This document shows positions 1 through 9,402 of a DNA stretch of 32,000 nt, piece by piece. How positions within the stretch are numbered: position 1 is the stretch's first letter; each line of letters begins with the position of its first letter. The notes beneath the pieces were generated by a model. It saw only the letters and a program-made list of their open reading frames with translations. It was not told where the DNA came from and searched no databases. Made by a program: the position numbers and the translations under genes. This DNA comes from Hominicoprocola fusiformis (lineage in GTDB: Bacteria; Bacillota; Clostridia; Oscillospirales; Oscillospiraceae): assembly GCA_040095065.1 (NCBI GenBank), contig JBBNGO010000006.1, forward strand, positions 48,345 through 80,344. The letters run 5' to 3'.

Positions 1-100
1 TTTGCTTGGCGGCAGACTGCGTGCGAAATAGCGGCATTGCTGCGCTCGCCGCATTGTAGGGACTGGCGGTAGACGGGAATTAGGCTGTACTCCTACAAGA
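1..100. repeat. Copy of a modular short intergenic repeat family (GCAGACT..GCGAAATA, GCGGCATT and GCCGCATT modules)
   Basis: GCAGACT at 12-18, GCGGCATT at 31-38 and GCCGCATT at 48-55. The same short modules recur at 19159-19283 and 21224-21580. No ORF. Confidence 0.4.
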
Positions 101-250
101 TGAGCAGAGCGGCAGCGGATGATAGAAGCAGAGGCAAGTCGTATAGCAACGCTAAACGCGGCTCCGCCGCGCGCAGGCATTCCCATTCCGGAGGCATAGG
201 AGTCATTCAAGTCCGAGACTGCCAATCTAATCCCTTTCTCTTGGGGGATT

Positions 251-294
251 AAAAGGGGGCCATTCTCTTTTGTGAAAGAGAATGGCCCCCTTTT
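251..294. terminator. Bidirectional rho-independent terminator
   Basis: AAAA + 16-bp perfect stem (GGGGGCCATTCTCTTT / AAAGAGAATGGCCCCC) with TGTG loop + TTTT. It lies downstream of rlmA on the minus strand. Confidence 0.8.
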
Positions 295-344
295 GTGCCG
301 CGGCGCGCACGCCGCTCTCCCCTCCCGCATAGTGCGGGAGAATA

Positions 345-1160
345 TCAATCCCTTTGATAAATCGCCAGCCCAAACGCTAATTGAACATCCAGCTCCTGAG
401 CTCGCTCAGCCTTTTGCTGGTCTTTAGCGCCAGTTTTATAATAGTATGGTGTCATGCGGAACAAAGATAGAATATCCTCATTACAGGATAAATGAATGAT
501 ATCGCGCACTTCGCGCGTTTCGACGAGCGTGAAGCCCTCAGTCTCGAGCGGCGTGGGCGGGTTGTCGCGCGGCGTGTCGTAGATGAGCGCTTTGAGCTCC
601 CACAGATGCTCGCGCAGGGGATAGGCGCGCAGAAGATAGCCGCCCGGCTTCAGCACGCGCGCAAATTCCTCCGGCACGAAAGGGGAGAAGATATTGAGCA
701 CCTCGTCGACGCTGCCGTCTTCGACCGGCAGGTGCGCGCACGAGGCGACACAGAGCGTGAAGTCCGGCGAGCGCTTCGATGCGTACTGGAGCGCGGTCTT
801 CGAGATGTCGACGCCTAAAAGCTCGCCGTGCTTGCCCGCTTTTTCGATGGCGCGCAGAACGGCAAGAGAATAAATCCCCTCGCCGCAGCCTGCGTCGAGG
901 ACCGTCGCCTCCTGCGGCGTGAACTCCGCCGCGGCGTCCGCAACGGCGGCGATGAAGCGGTCGTAATAGCCCTTGTCCAAAAAGTCGCGGCGGGCGCGTA
1001 CCATGAGCTTGTCATCCCCGTGGTGGCCCTGCGAGGAGTTGAGCAGGAGGTTGACGTATCCGCTCTTGGCGATGTCAAAGCTGTGGTTTTTCGGGCAGAG
1101 ATAGGCCCCCGCGCGTTTTTCAAGCGCCCCAGCGCAGACGGGGCAGCGCAAATTGACCAT
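345..1160 (-). CDS. rlmA: 23S rRNA (guanine-N1)-methyltransferase, RlmA family
   Basis: 271 aa. N-terminal Zn-ribbon CPVC..CPKNH, then F-D-[IM]-AK-[SE]-GYVNLL and the SAM motif VLDxGCGEG, colinear with E. coli RlmA as I remember it. ATG start at 1158-1160. Confidence 0.85.
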   Translation of the reverse strand: MVNLRCPVCAGALEKRAGAYLCPKNHSFDIAKSGYVNLLLNSSQGHHGDDKLMVRARRDFLDKGYYDRFIAAVADAAAEFTPQEATVLDAGCGEGIYSLAVLRAIEKAGKHGELLGVDISKTALQYASKRSPDFTLCVASCAHLPVEDGSVDEVLNIFSPFVPEEFARVLKPGGYLLRAYPLREHLWELKALIYDTPRDNPPTPLETEGFTLVETREVRDIIHLSCNEDILSLFRMTPYYYKTGAKDQQKAERAQELDVQLAFGLAIYQRD

Positions 1161-2038
1161 CAGAACAGCCCCACCTGCTGCGGCACCTCGCTCCGGCCGA
1201 GCGAGCGGAGCTGCTGCTGGTTTTCCTCGGCCAGCGCGTCGGCGATGGCGATCTTGCGGACGATATTTTTCATCGTCTCGTCAAAGAGCGTCCCGTCGCG
1301 GTAGTCCGCGGGGAAGATGAAGTCCACGCGCCCCTTGGCGAGCAGGTCCTCCACGCCCGCGCGGTTGCTGTCCTGATACACGGCCACCGCCTGCCCGCCG
1401 TAGGCGCGCATCATCTTCATGCACGGCACGTCGGAAAGGCCGTCGCCGATGTAGATCATGTTCGTGAACGGGATGCGCTTGGAGTCGTCGGGCATCGAAG
1501 CGTTGAGCTCCTTGTCCTTCGCGACGTCGAGAATACCCTTGTTGATGCGGTAGACAAACTGGGTCTTGTTTGTGAAGTTGACGTCGAGCTTCGGCCACGA
1601 GGCGAGGCCCTCTTCGTTGTAGAAAAACTCACAGGCGTAAATTTCCTTAAATTCGTGGCTCACGCCGCTGCCCTCGATGATCTCGCGCAGGCCGGAGGAG
1701 AGCACGTAGTGCTCGATCTCCACGCCCAGCGTTTCGCCGAAGGCGTTGATGCGCGAGAACCAGTCCTGCACGCCGGGGAACAGCTCGATCGCATGCCCGC
1801 AGGAGACGAGGTAGTCGCGGTCCAGGCGGATGCCCTTTTTGCGGCACTCCTCGATCATCGTGTACATGTAGGCGAGCAGGCCGTCCATGCGGTTCTCAAA
1901 GCCGAAGGAATTCGCGATGCTCCAGAACTCGCCGGGCGTGTAGCCGAGCGAGGGGATGAACGTATAGTCCTGCATGTCAGTCGTGCAGAGGGTCTTGTCA
2001 AAGTCGTAGAGAAAGGCGATGATGGGCTTTTTGTTCAT
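1160..2038 (-). CDS. HAD-superfamily hydrolase
   Basis: 292 aa. DxDxT-type motif (FLYDFDKTLC) near the N-terminus and GDGLSD motif late. AAAAGGAGA RBS. Its TGA stop overlaps the rlmA ATG (ATGA). Confidence 0.7.
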   Translation of the reverse strand: MNKKPIIAFLYDFDKTLCTTDMQDYTFIPSLGYTPGEFWSIANSFGFENRMDGLLAYMYTMIEECRKKGIRLDRDYLVSCGHAIELFPGVQDWFSRINAFGETLGVEIEHYVLSSGLREIIEGSGVSHEFKEIYACEFFYNEEGLASWPKLDVNFTNKTQFVYRINKGILDVAKDKELNASMPDDSKRIPFTNMIYIGDGLSDVPCMKMMRAYGGQAVAVYQDSNRAGVEDLLAKGRVDFIFPADYRDGTLFDETMKNIVRKIAIADALAEENQQQLRSLGRSEVPQQVGLF

Positions 2039-2070
2039 GTCGTCTCCTTTTCACCGCGCTGCGGCCAAAG

Positions 2071-2130
2071 AAAAAATAAAAGGGCGGTCTGAAACCGGCT
2101 CCTCTGTGGAGCCGGCCAAAACCGCCCTTT
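2071..2130 (-). terminator. Rho-independent terminator after divIVA (nested hairpin + T-run on the minus strand)
   Basis: Outer stem AGGGCGGT/ACCGCCCT and inner stem CCGGCTCC/GGAGCCGG, followed on the minus strand by TTTATTTTTT. Confidence 0.7.
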
Positions 2131-2135
2131 TGCTG

Positions 2136-2867
2136 TTACTCTTCTCCGTGATAGTTGCGGCCGAACTTGAGGTCATCCAGACGGATGGCATGGCTGGCCG
2201 TTTCTACAAACGGGCTGTCGTCCGGCTCGAGCGGCTCTGCCTTGGGCTCCTCGGCCTTCGGCGCGCTCTGCTCCTCTGCCGGAGCGGTCTCCTGCGCCTT
2301 TTCGGGCGCGGCCTCCTCCGCCGCGGGGCGGAAGGACGCGAGGATATTTTCCTCGATGGCGTTCACGTCGGCCTCGGTCTTCTGCTCGGTCTTTTCGCCG
2401 CCCGCGATCTCCTCGGGCGTCAAGTCAGGCGCGCGCTCGATGAGCGCAAGCTGCGCCTGCGCAAGCTCGCGCGTCTTCTGCAAAAATTCCGCAGTCGCGG
2501 CCTTGGCCGCGTTCAATCGGCGCTGCTCAAGCTCGACATCGCTCTGCAGCGCGCCGATCTTGGCGCGGGCTTCGTCCTCCGCGCCGGCGAGCACGGCCTT
2601 TTTCTTCTCCTCGGCCTCTTCGACCATGGTGTTGGCCATGCGCTGGGCGGTCAGGAGGGCGGCGCGCATGGAATCCTCCGTCGCGCGGTACTCCTCCACC
2701 TTGTCGACCAGCACCTTGAGCTTGGCCTTGAGGGCGGCGTTTTCTTTATAGAGCGAGGTATAATCGTCGGTCAGTTCGTCGAGAAACTCGTCGACCATCG
2801 CCATATTATATCCGCCGAAGGCCGCTTTGCTGAAAGCGCGGCCGGAAACTTCCTGCGGTGTCAGCAT
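2136..2867 (-). CDS. divIVA: DivIVA-domain cell-division protein
   Basis: 243 aa. N-terminal MLTPQEV..FSKAAFGGYNMAMVDEFLDEL is the DivIVA lipid-binding domain signature, followed by coiled-coil. It sits next to sepF and yggS. Confidence 0.85.
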   Translation of the reverse strand: MLTPQEVSGRAFSKAAFGGYNMAMVDEFLDELTDDYTSLYKENAALKAKLKVLVDKVEEYRATEDSMRAALLTAQRMANTMVEEAEEKKKAVLAGAEDEARAKIGALQSDVELEQRRLNAAKAATAEFLQKTRELAQAQLALIERAPDLTPEEIAGGEKTEQKTEADVNAIEENILASFRPAAEEAAPEKAQETAPAEEQSAPKAEEPKAEPLEPDDSPFVETASHAIRLDDLKFGRNYHGEE

Positions 2868-2888
2868 GCTATCCCACTCTCCGTTTCT

Positions 2889-3344
2889 TTACAGGTAGAG
2901 GCCGTTATTTTCCAGCTCGTCGATCAGATCGCCCATGATATCCACATGATAGGGCGTGATGATGTACGTGTTGGCCGCGACCTTTTTGATCTTGCCCTCG
3001 CCCGCGTAGGCCACGCCGGAGAGGAAGTCGATCAGTCTTCTTGCAATGTCCTTGTTCGTGGACTCAAGGTTGATGACCACCGTGCGCTTTTCCTTCAGAT
3101 GGTCGGCGATCTCGCTCGCGTTTTCAAAGCGCTCGGGCTTGACGAGCACGACCTTGAGCTGCGTGGTCGCGTTGATGTTCACGACCTTGTTGCGGCGGTC
3201 CTCCGCCTTGCGCTCGGCGCTGCGGCGGTCGGCAAAGGCGCCCGTGTCGCCGCGGTCTCTCAGATCGGGGAAATCGTCTTCATATTCCTCGTCCTCATCC
3301 TCGTAGGGGTGAGCCCACTTTTTCAGATCATCCAAAATACCCAT
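2889..3344 (-). CDS. sepF: Cell division protein SepF
   Basis: 151 aa. Acidic N-terminus, then a conserved core (VVLVKPERFENASEIADHLKEKRTVVINLE..RLIDFLSGVAYA). GGAGG RBS. yggS-sepF-divIVA synteny. Confidence 0.85.
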   Translation of the reverse strand: MGILDDLKKWAHPYEDEDEEYEDDFPDLRDRGDTGAFADRRSAERKAEDRRNKVVNINATTQLKVVLVKPERFENASEIADHLKEKRTVVINLESTNKDIARRLIDFLSGVAYAGEGKIKKVAANTYIITPYHVDIMGDLIDELENNGLYL

Positions 3345-3363
3345 GGTATCAAGACCTCCTCGA

Positions 3364-4059
3364 TCAAATCGTATAATTGCGGGCGCCGAAGATCGCCGTG
3401 CCGACGCGCACCATCGTCGCGCCTGCGCGCACCGCGTCCTCGTAGTCTCCGCTCATGCCCATTGACAGTATATCAAGTGTATTATCATACAACTTGGCAT
3501 TGATGTCAACAAAAAGTGCATGAACTTTTTCAAAGTAGGGCAGGCTGCCGTGCTCGCCCTCAGCGACCGGCGGGATACACATGAGGCCGCGCACGCGGAC
3601 ATTTGCGCACTTTTTGGCCTCTTCCGCCGCCTGCTCCAGGCTCTCGGGCGCAAAGCCGCTCTTGGCCTCCTCGCCGCCGATATTCACCTCAAGCAGGATA
3701 TCCTGCACGATGCCCAGCTTCTCGGCCTGCTTGTCGATGGCAGAGAGCAGCTCGAGCGAGCCGACCGATTCGATCATCGCGACCTTGCCAACGACATTTT
3801 TCACCTTGTTGCGCTGGAGGTGGCCGATAAAGTGCAGGGGCGCGCCGTCATAGGCGTGCTCGGCGAGCTTTTTCGTCATCTCCTGCTCGCGGTTCTCGCC
3901 CAGCACGTCGATGCCCGCGGCGATGGCCTGACGGCAGGCGTCCGCGTCGTTCATCTTGCTCGCGCCAACGAGGGTAATTTCGCTTACGTCGCGGCCCGCC
4001 TCTTTGGCGGCCGCGGCAATGTTTGCGCGCACGCGCGCGATGTTTTCAGCAATGCTCAT
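3364..4059 (-). CDS. yggS: YggS/YlmE-family pyridoxal-phosphate homeostasis protein
   Basis: 231 aa. TLVGASK (PLP lysine), HFIGHLQRNK and LSMGMSGDYE motifs typical of the YggS family. Confidence 0.85.
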   Translation of the reverse strand: MSIAENIARVRANIAAAAKEAGRDVSEITLVGASKMNDADACRQAIAAGIDVLGENREQEMTKKLAEHAYDGAPLHFIGHLQRNKVKNVVGKVAMIESVGSLELLSAIDKQAEKLGIVQDILLEVNIGGEEAKSGFAPESLEQAAEEAKKCANVRVRGLMCIPPVAEGEHGSLPYFEKVHALFVDINAKLYDNTLDILSMGMSGDYEDAVRAGATMVRVGTAIFGARNYTI

Positions 4060-4061
4060 TT

Positions 4062-5294
4062 CTAATCTACGACCTTTCCGTTATATAGCTCCCCTGCAGA
4101 AACGATGACCTCATCGTTCGGGCGCAGGGTGTAAAGGGACTTTTGACTCTCCGTGGCGGCTTCGATCGTGCCAGGCTCCACCAGACAGTAGTCGCTGCCC
4201 TGATAGACGATGCTCACAGGCTTGAAGTACGCCACGCGCCCGACGAGGCAGTAAACGCCTGACACGCCGTTTTCATCCACGCGCAGCGCGTTTTTCGGCA
4301 CGCGCAGGCCGTCGTACGCGCTGATGATGAGCTCGGCATTCTGCTCGCGCAGCAGCGTCATGTAGGATAAGTACCGCGTGCTCTTGAGCACGATCACGCA
4401 TTTGCCGTTCTCCGCGGCGCTGATGCGCGTGAGCGTGACGGGCAGGTCAAAGCCGACGCCCGACACCATGCGGAGCGTCAGCCTGCTGTTCTCCTTCAGG
4501 GACGCGGCGTCCTCCTCGTTCACGTTCGCGGCGAAGTACCACGCGCTGCCCTGAATGAGCTTGCCCACCGTGGTCGAAACGCTCTGCGGCGCGGCGGACG
4601 AAAGCTGCGAGGGCGTCATCGTCTCGAGCACCTCCGGCGTCAGCACGCTCTCGTACCCGTCGGCCACGGCACTGTAAGTCCCCGACACGGGCGCTGTGAT
4701 GCGCGTCGTGCCGCCGCTCGCCGCGCCCGAGAGCGCGGTGATCTGCGCGTTCAGCTCGTCGAGCTTCGCCGTTAAGTCATCGCTGCCGTTGTAGGCGTAT
4801 TCGCGCTTCAAGACCGTCGTTTTGAGCTGGGGGATCAGCGTGTCGAGCGAGCTGTACGCGCCCGACTCGTAGGCCGCGCGCACGGAGATGATCTGCTCGC
4901 GGATGTCGGTATCCAGACGCAGCGCGGTGGCCGCGTCGCTCGAGGCGCTCTTGGCGTACTCAAGCTGCTCTTTCTGCGTGCGCAGTGTCTCGAGCTGCTG
5001 CGTGGCGTTCAGCGCGTCGGCCGAGCGGTAGACGGAGGCGATGGTGTCGCCCTGGCCCACGCGCTCGCCCTCGGCGTGCTTGAGCTCGATGAGCGTTTCA
5101 TTGCAGTCCACGACCTGCTCGTCGCGCACCACGTAGCCCCGCAGGGCAATGGACCGCTCGCTGTGATAGCGGTAGACGAGCGTCGTCGTCTCGGGGCTGA
5201 CAAAGTAGTTGTAGCCCTGCACGGCGAAATACCCGATGACCGCCAAAAGGAGCAGGATCGTGATGATCTTTGTGGAAACGGATGTAGATTTCAT
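4062..5294 (-). CDS. HlyD-like membrane-fusion-family protein (N-terminal TM anchor, coiled-coil, beta-barrel)
   Basis: 410 aa. One N-terminal TM helix, a long coiled-coil middle and a C-terminal beta-rich region. The family call comes from architecture only. It ends with TAG, so the host uses TAG as a stop. Confidence 0.5.
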   Translation of the reverse strand: MKSTSVSTKIITILLLLAVIGYFAVQGYNYFVSPETTTLVYRYHSERSIALRGYVVRDEQVVDCNETLIELKHAEGERVGQGDTIASVYRSADALNATQQLETLRTQKEQLEYAKSASSDAATALRLDTDIREQIISVRAAYESGAYSSLDTLIPQLKTTVLKREYAYNGSDDLTAKLDELNAQITALSGAASGGTTRITAPVSGTYSAVADGYESVLTPEVLETMTPSQLSSAAPQSVSTTVGKLIQGSAWYFAANVNEEDAASLKENSRLTLRMVSGVGFDLPVTLTRISAAENGKCVIVLKSTRYLSYMTLLREQNAELIISAYDGLRVPKNALRVDENGVSGVYCLVGRVAYFKPVSIVYQGSDYCLVEPGTIEAATESQKSLYTLRPNDEVIVSAGELYNGKVVD

Positions 5295-5318
5295 GGCACA
5301 CTCCCGGATCAGGCGTGC

Positions 5319-5558
5319 TTACTCCTCACTTTCCTCCGCGCCTTTGAGGTCGATGGCCGCGATGGGCACGATCGTCGAGATCGCGTGCTTGTAGAGCATC
5401 TGCTGCTTGCCGTCGCTCTCCAAGATGACGACAAAGCTGTCAAAGCCCGTGATGACGCCGCGCATCTGGAAGCCGTTGACGAGAAATACCGTCACGCTCG
5501 TGCGATTGCGGCGCGCAGAGAGGAGAAATAGGTCCTGAAGGTTTGCGATTTTTTTCAT
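5319..5558 (-). CDS. hfq: RNA chaperone Hfq
   Basis: The internal ATG at 5556-5558 with a GAAAGGAAAG RBS gives a 79-aa protein ([54 protein letters not shown]), a Sm1/Sm2 signature. The 132-aa ORF-track version is an upstream extension. Confidence 0.9.
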   Translation of the reverse strand: MKKIANLQDLFLLSARRNRTSVTVFLVNGFQMRGVITGFDSFVVILESDGKQQMLYKHAISTIVPIAAIDLKGAEESEE

Positions 5559-5605
5559 GGCTTTTCTTTCCTTTCTTTTTTGCGGACGGCTTGTCCGCGT
5601 TAAAG

Positions 5606-6544
5606 TCAGGATACGCCATAGGTATGGAGAATTTCTGTCGAAAAAGCGAGGCAATCGGGGAGAATCCTCGTTTTTTTCCAATAAAACCAGTGGATGCTGG
5701 GGTCGCGCCGCAGCCACGTGAGCTGGCGCTTGGCATATTGGCGGGAGCGGAGCTTGATCTCGTCGATGGCCTCCTCGCGCGTGGCCTCGCCGTCCAAGTA
5801 GGCAAGCGCCTCCTTATACCCGATGGCCTGCATGGCCGTCACGCCGCGGGGAAGTCCGGAATCGAGCAGCGCTCTGACCTCGTCGAAAAGCCCCGCCTCG
5901 ACCATTTTGTCGACGCGGAGGTCGATGGCGCACTTCATGTCGTCGCGGTCCTCATAGGCAAGGCCGATGCGCACGGAATCGTAGCGCGGGGGGATGAGTT
6001 TCGTCTCCGCGTTGTGCTGTGCCATGGTCTTGCCGGTCTCGTAATAGACCTCGAGCGCGCGGAGGATGCGCTTTTTGTCGTTCAAATGGAGATTTCCGGC
6101 GGTCTCGGGGTCGATGCGTCGGAGCTCGGCGAACATCGCCTCGCCGCCCTCCTTGTCCCAGCGGGATTCCAACTCCGCGCGGTATCTGCCGTCCTTGTCG
6201 CCGCCGGCAAAGCCGTGACCGGCGAGCAGGGCATTTAAGTACAGCCCCGTGCCGCCGACGATGACGGGCAGCTTCCCGCGCGAGAGAATATCGTCGACGC
6301 ACTTCGCCGCGTCGTCCGCATAGCGGGCGACGGAGTAGTTTTCCCGCGGGTCGGCGACGCCGACCATGTGGTGCGGGACGCCCTGCATCTCCTCCGCCGT
6401 CGGCGCGGCGGTGCCGATGACCATGCCGCGGTAGATCTGCATCGAGTCGCAGGAGACGACCTCGCCGCCGAGCATTTTCGCAAGCTCGACGCCGAGCCAC
6501 GTTTTGCCGCAGCCCGTCGGGCCGACGACGCATACGAGTTTCAT
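5606..6544 (-). CDS. miaA: tRNA dimethylallyltransferase MiaA
   Basis: 312 aa. P-loop GPTGCGKT, then [13 protein letters not shown]. miaA-hfq synteny. Confidence 0.9.
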   Translation of the reverse strand: MKLVCVVGPTGCGKTWLGVELAKMLGGEVVSCDSMQIYRGMVIGTAAPTAEEMQGVPHHMVGVADPRENYSVARYADDAAKCVDDILSRGKLPVIVGGTGLYLNALLAGHGFAGGDKDGRYRAELESRWDKEGGEAMFAELRRIDPETAGNLHLNDKKRILRALEVYYETGKTMAQHNAETKLIPPRYDSVRIGLAYEDRDDMKCAIDLRVDKMVEAGLFDEVRALLDSGLPRGVTAMQAIGYKEALAYLDGEATREEAIDEIKLRSRQYAKRQLTWLRRDPSIHWFYWKKTRILPDCLAFSTEILHTYGVS

Positions 6545-6560
6545 TTTCTCCCTCCTGCGC

Positions 6561-8651
6561 TCACGCGCGCTTGAACATTTTTTCGAGCTCGTACTTTGTG
6601 AGCTTTGCTTTCACGGGCCGTCCGTGCGGGCAGAACTGCACCTCGCCGCTCTGCACCTTGTCGACGAGCACGCGCAGCTCGCTTAAATCGCTCTTCCATC
6701 CACCCTTGATGGCCGCCTTGCAGGCCATCGTGTGCAGCAGCGCGTCGCGCGCGGCGGCGGGATCGACGGTGTGGGCGGTGACGAGCTTGTCGGCAAGCTC
6801 TTCGAGCGCGGGGATGGCGTCGCCGCTGTCGATATCGGCGGGGATGGCGCGCAGGATCAGGCTCCCGCCGCCGAACTCCTCGCACTCAAAGCCGAATTCG
6901 CGCAAAAGGTCCAAATTCGCCGCAAGCGCGCTGTACTCCTCGGCGGCGAACTCCGCCACGAGGGGAGCAAGCAAGGCCTGACACATCAGTGGCTCCTGGT
7001 TGGCCTTCATGCGGTCGAAATTCACGCGCTCGTGCGCGGCGTGCTTGTCGATGAGCCAGATGTTTTTATCCTCGTCCTCGCAGACGATGTAGGTGTCGAG
7101 CACCTCGCCCGCGATGCGCCACGGCGCGGCGGACGGGGGAACGAACGTCGTCTGCTCGATCTCGGGCTCTTCCTGCTTCGCAGGGGCAAACACGGGGACG
7201 GCGGGCTCTTCCGGCTCGGGCTCTGCCGCAGTCTCCGCCGCCGGTCCGATGATTGGGCCGGTCACGACGGGGCGGGCGTTTTCCTCCGGCATCGGCAGCG
7301 TGACGACCTCGTCGTCATGGTTTTCCACAGAATGGACAGACTTTTCCACAGGCTGTGACTGCTGTGCTGACAGTACCGGCGCGGAAACCGGCGTTTCGCG
7401 GCGCACATAGTCGGAAAGCGCCGCCTTGCCGCCGCTCTGCGTGTCGATGGCGGGCACTCTCGTCTGCCACTGCGGGGCGGGCGAGGGCTTCACCGGCGCG
7501 CTCTGCGGCGCGGACACGGAACGCGCACCGGCAGGTGTATAGGCGGGCTTTTCCGCCGTCTTCCGGCTCTCGCGGTACTGCTGCGAGGTCATGTTGGCGA
7601 AGAAATCGCCGCGCGGATTCTGCACTTGGGACGCGGGCTTCGGCTGGGGGCGCTCGGCCTCTTCGCGCTTGTCGAGCGCGGCCATGACCGCGTGGTAAAC
7701 GAGATCAAACACGCGCTTTTCGCCCACGAACTTCACGATGGTCTTGGCAGGGTGGACGTTCACATCCACCATGTCGCGCGGCAGCTCGACGAGCAGCACG
7801 CAGCCGGGGAACTTGCCCTTCATCATGCGGTTGGAGTAGGCTTCTTCGAGCGCGGCGGTGAGAAGCTGGGATTTGACGAGACGCCCGTTGACAAAAAATG
7901 TCTGCATTCCGCGCGTGCCGCGCGAGGCGATGGGCGAGGTCACAAAGCCCGTGACGCCCATGTCGCCGTCCGTACCCTTGACCTCAAGAAGCGAGAGCGT
8001 GAACTCGCGTCCGAGAGAGGCGTAAATGGCGGAGCGCAGCGCGCCGTCGCCGGGGGTCAAAAGCGTCTGCGTGCCGTCCTTGATGAGCTTGAACGACACC
8101 TCCGGATGCGAGAGCGCAAGGTGCCCGACAAGGCCCGCGATGGCCGTGGCCTCCGCACTGTCGCGCTTCATAAACTTTAAGCGCGCGGGCGTGTTGTAGA
8201 AGAGGTCGCGCACGATGATGCTCGTCCCCTCGGGGCAGCCCGCATCCTCGACCGCGCCGGGAACGCCGCCCTCTAAGTGAAGCTTCGCGCCGCTGAGCGC
8301 GCCGCGCTCGCGCGAGAAAATGTCGAGCCGAGAAACGGAAGAGATCGCCGCGAGCGCCTCGCCGCGGAAGCCCAGCGTGCCGATGGCGGCCAAATCCTCC
8401 GCCGTGCGCAGCTTGCTCGTCGCGTGGCGCAGAAAAGCCGTCGGCAGCTCGCTTGGCGCGATGCCGCAGCCGTCGTCGCTGACGCGAAGATAGGTCATTC
8501 CGCCGTTTTTCATCTCCACCGTCACGCTCTGCGCGCCGGCGTCGATGGCGTTTTCCAGCAGCTCCTTGACAACGCTCGCGGGGCGCTCGACCACCTCGCC
8601 CGCGGCGATGAGGTCGGCGACATGCGGCGATAATTGCTGAATATGGGGCAT
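6561..8651 (-). CDS. mutL: DNA mismatch repair protein MutL
   Basis: The internal ATG at 8649-8651 with an AAAAGGAGGA RBS gives MPHIQQLSPHVADLIAAGEVVERPASVVKELLENAIDAG (GHKL ATPase N-terminus). The C-terminal DKHAAHER endonuclease-type motif is present. The ORF-track start at 8777 overlaps the upstream gene and was rejected. Confidence 0.9.
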   Translation of the reverse strand: MPHIQQLSPHVADLIAAGEVVERPASVVKELLENAIDAGAQSVTVEMKNGGMTYLRVSDDGCGIAPSELPTAFLRHATSKLRTAEDLAAIGTLGFRGEALAAISSVSRLDIFSRERGALSGAKLHLEGGVPGAVEDAGCPEGTSIIVRDLFYNTPARLKFMKRDSAEATAIAGLVGHLALSHPEVSFKLIKDGTQTLLTPGDGALRSAIYASLGREFTLSLLEVKGTDGDMGVTGFVTSPIASRGTRGMQTFFVNGRLVKSQLLTAALEEAYSNRMMKGKFPGCVLLVELPRDMVDVNVHPAKTIVKFVGEKRVFDLVYHAVMAALDKREEAERPQPKPASQVQNPRGDFFANMTSQQYRESRKTAEKPAYTPAGARSVSAPQSAPVKPSPAPQWQTRVPAIDTQSGGKAALSDYVRRETPVSAPVLSAQQSQPVEKSVHSVENHDDEVVTLPMPEENARPVVTGPIIGPAAETAAEPEPEEPAVPVFAPAKQEEPEIEQTTFVPPSAAPWRIAGEVLDTYIVCEDEDKNIWLIDKHAAHERVNFDRMKANQEPLMCQALLAPLVAEFAAEEYSALAANLDLLREFGFECEEFGGGSLILRAIPADIDSGDAIPALEELADKLVTAHTVDPAAARDALLHTMACKAAIKGGWKSDLSELRVLVDKVQSGEVQFCPHGRPVKAKLTKYELEKMFKRA

Positions 8652-8664
8652 TGATTTCCTCCTT

Positions 8665-9378
8665 TTAGGAAGCGATGGTGAAAAGGGAAAGGGCATTGAC
8701 GAGCATGTGGAGCAGGATCGACGTCCACAGCGTGCCCGAATGCTCATACGCCCAGGCAAACACAAGGCCGGGCACAAGGTATTGCAGCATCAAAATGAGA
8801 TAGCCTAAGTCCCAGTTAGAGAGCGCCGCCGTCCACACGTGTAAAAACGCGAACAGCGCGCAGGAGAGGATATAGGCGAATATTCTGCTCTTTTCTTTCA
8901 GGCACCCGAACACGAGGCCGCGGAAGAGCACCTCCTCCACAAACGGCGCGAGCAGCACGACGATCAGCGCCGCCATGCGCGGGGCGGAGGCCACCTGCGC
9001 GGCGATGGTCATGTCGTTTAAGTTCGTGCGGCTGTTAAAAAGCACATTGCACACGCGGAATATGAGCTCGTTCGCGCCGTAGAAGACGAGAAGACCTAAA
9101 AGCATCGTCGAAAGCGCGCGGTCTAAGTTGTCGAGAAAGCGCGAGGACGTGTGCGCAAGGTAGGAGTGGAACAGCAGCACCGTGACGGCGAAGAGCGTGT
9201 AGTAATAGAGCACATTGCGCAGGGAATCGTTGATGGTGGTGTCGAGCACGACCTCCAGAAGGTCGAATATTCTTGTTGCCAAAAGCGGCATCACCAGAAG
9301 ATAGACGAGGAAGAAGATCGTTCCGGCGACGCGCTCGGTGCGGTTCATGCCGCCGGAGGCGGTTTTCTTTTTTGCCAT
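8665..9378 (-). CDS. CPBP-family intramembrane glutamic endopeptidase (CAAX protease-like)
   Basis: 237 aa, multi-TM, with EEVLFRG and FAFLH motifs. Confidence 0.75.
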   Translation of the reverse strand: MAKKKTASGGMNRTERVAGTIFFLVYLLVMPLLATRIFDLLEVVLDTTINDSLRNVLYYYTLFAVTVLLFHSYLAHTSSRFLDNLDRALSTMLLGLLVFYGANELIFRVCNVLFNSRTNLNDMTIAAQVASAPRMAALIVVLLAPFVEEVLFRGLVFGCLKEKSRIFAYILSCALFAFLHVWTAALSNWDLGYLILMLQYLVPGLVFAWAYEHSGTLWTSILLHMLVNALSLFTIAS

Positions 9379-9402
9379 GGGGAGACCTCTTTTCCGGGGA
9401 AA

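Noticed and set aside
1-250. Possible structured RNA gene (tmRNA, RNase P, SRP, 6S) ending at the terminator at 251-294
   Set aside because: None of the hallmark motifs is present on either strand: no tRNA-like GGTTCGA..CCA end, no GGAAAGTCCGG, no SRP domain IV, no ..ALAA-type tag ORF. The stretch instead shares short modules with the intergenic repeats at 19.2 and 21.3 kb.
2019-3503. 494-aa plus-strand ORF
   Set aside because: It is antisense to divIVA and sepF, which have clear family signatures and RBSs. Its composition is low-complexity and Arg/Leu/Gly-rich, as is typical of shadow frames in high-GC DNA.
5559-5717. N-terminal extensions of the hfq ORF (and similarly mutL to 8777, miaB to 14513, the ArsR-AraC regulator to 17229, guaD from 23702, the C-N hydrolase from 19218 and the membrane protein from 19853)
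   Set aside because: Internal start codons have proper Shine-Dalgarno sequences and give family-typical N-termini. The extensions overlap neighbouring genes, promoters or the riboswitch.
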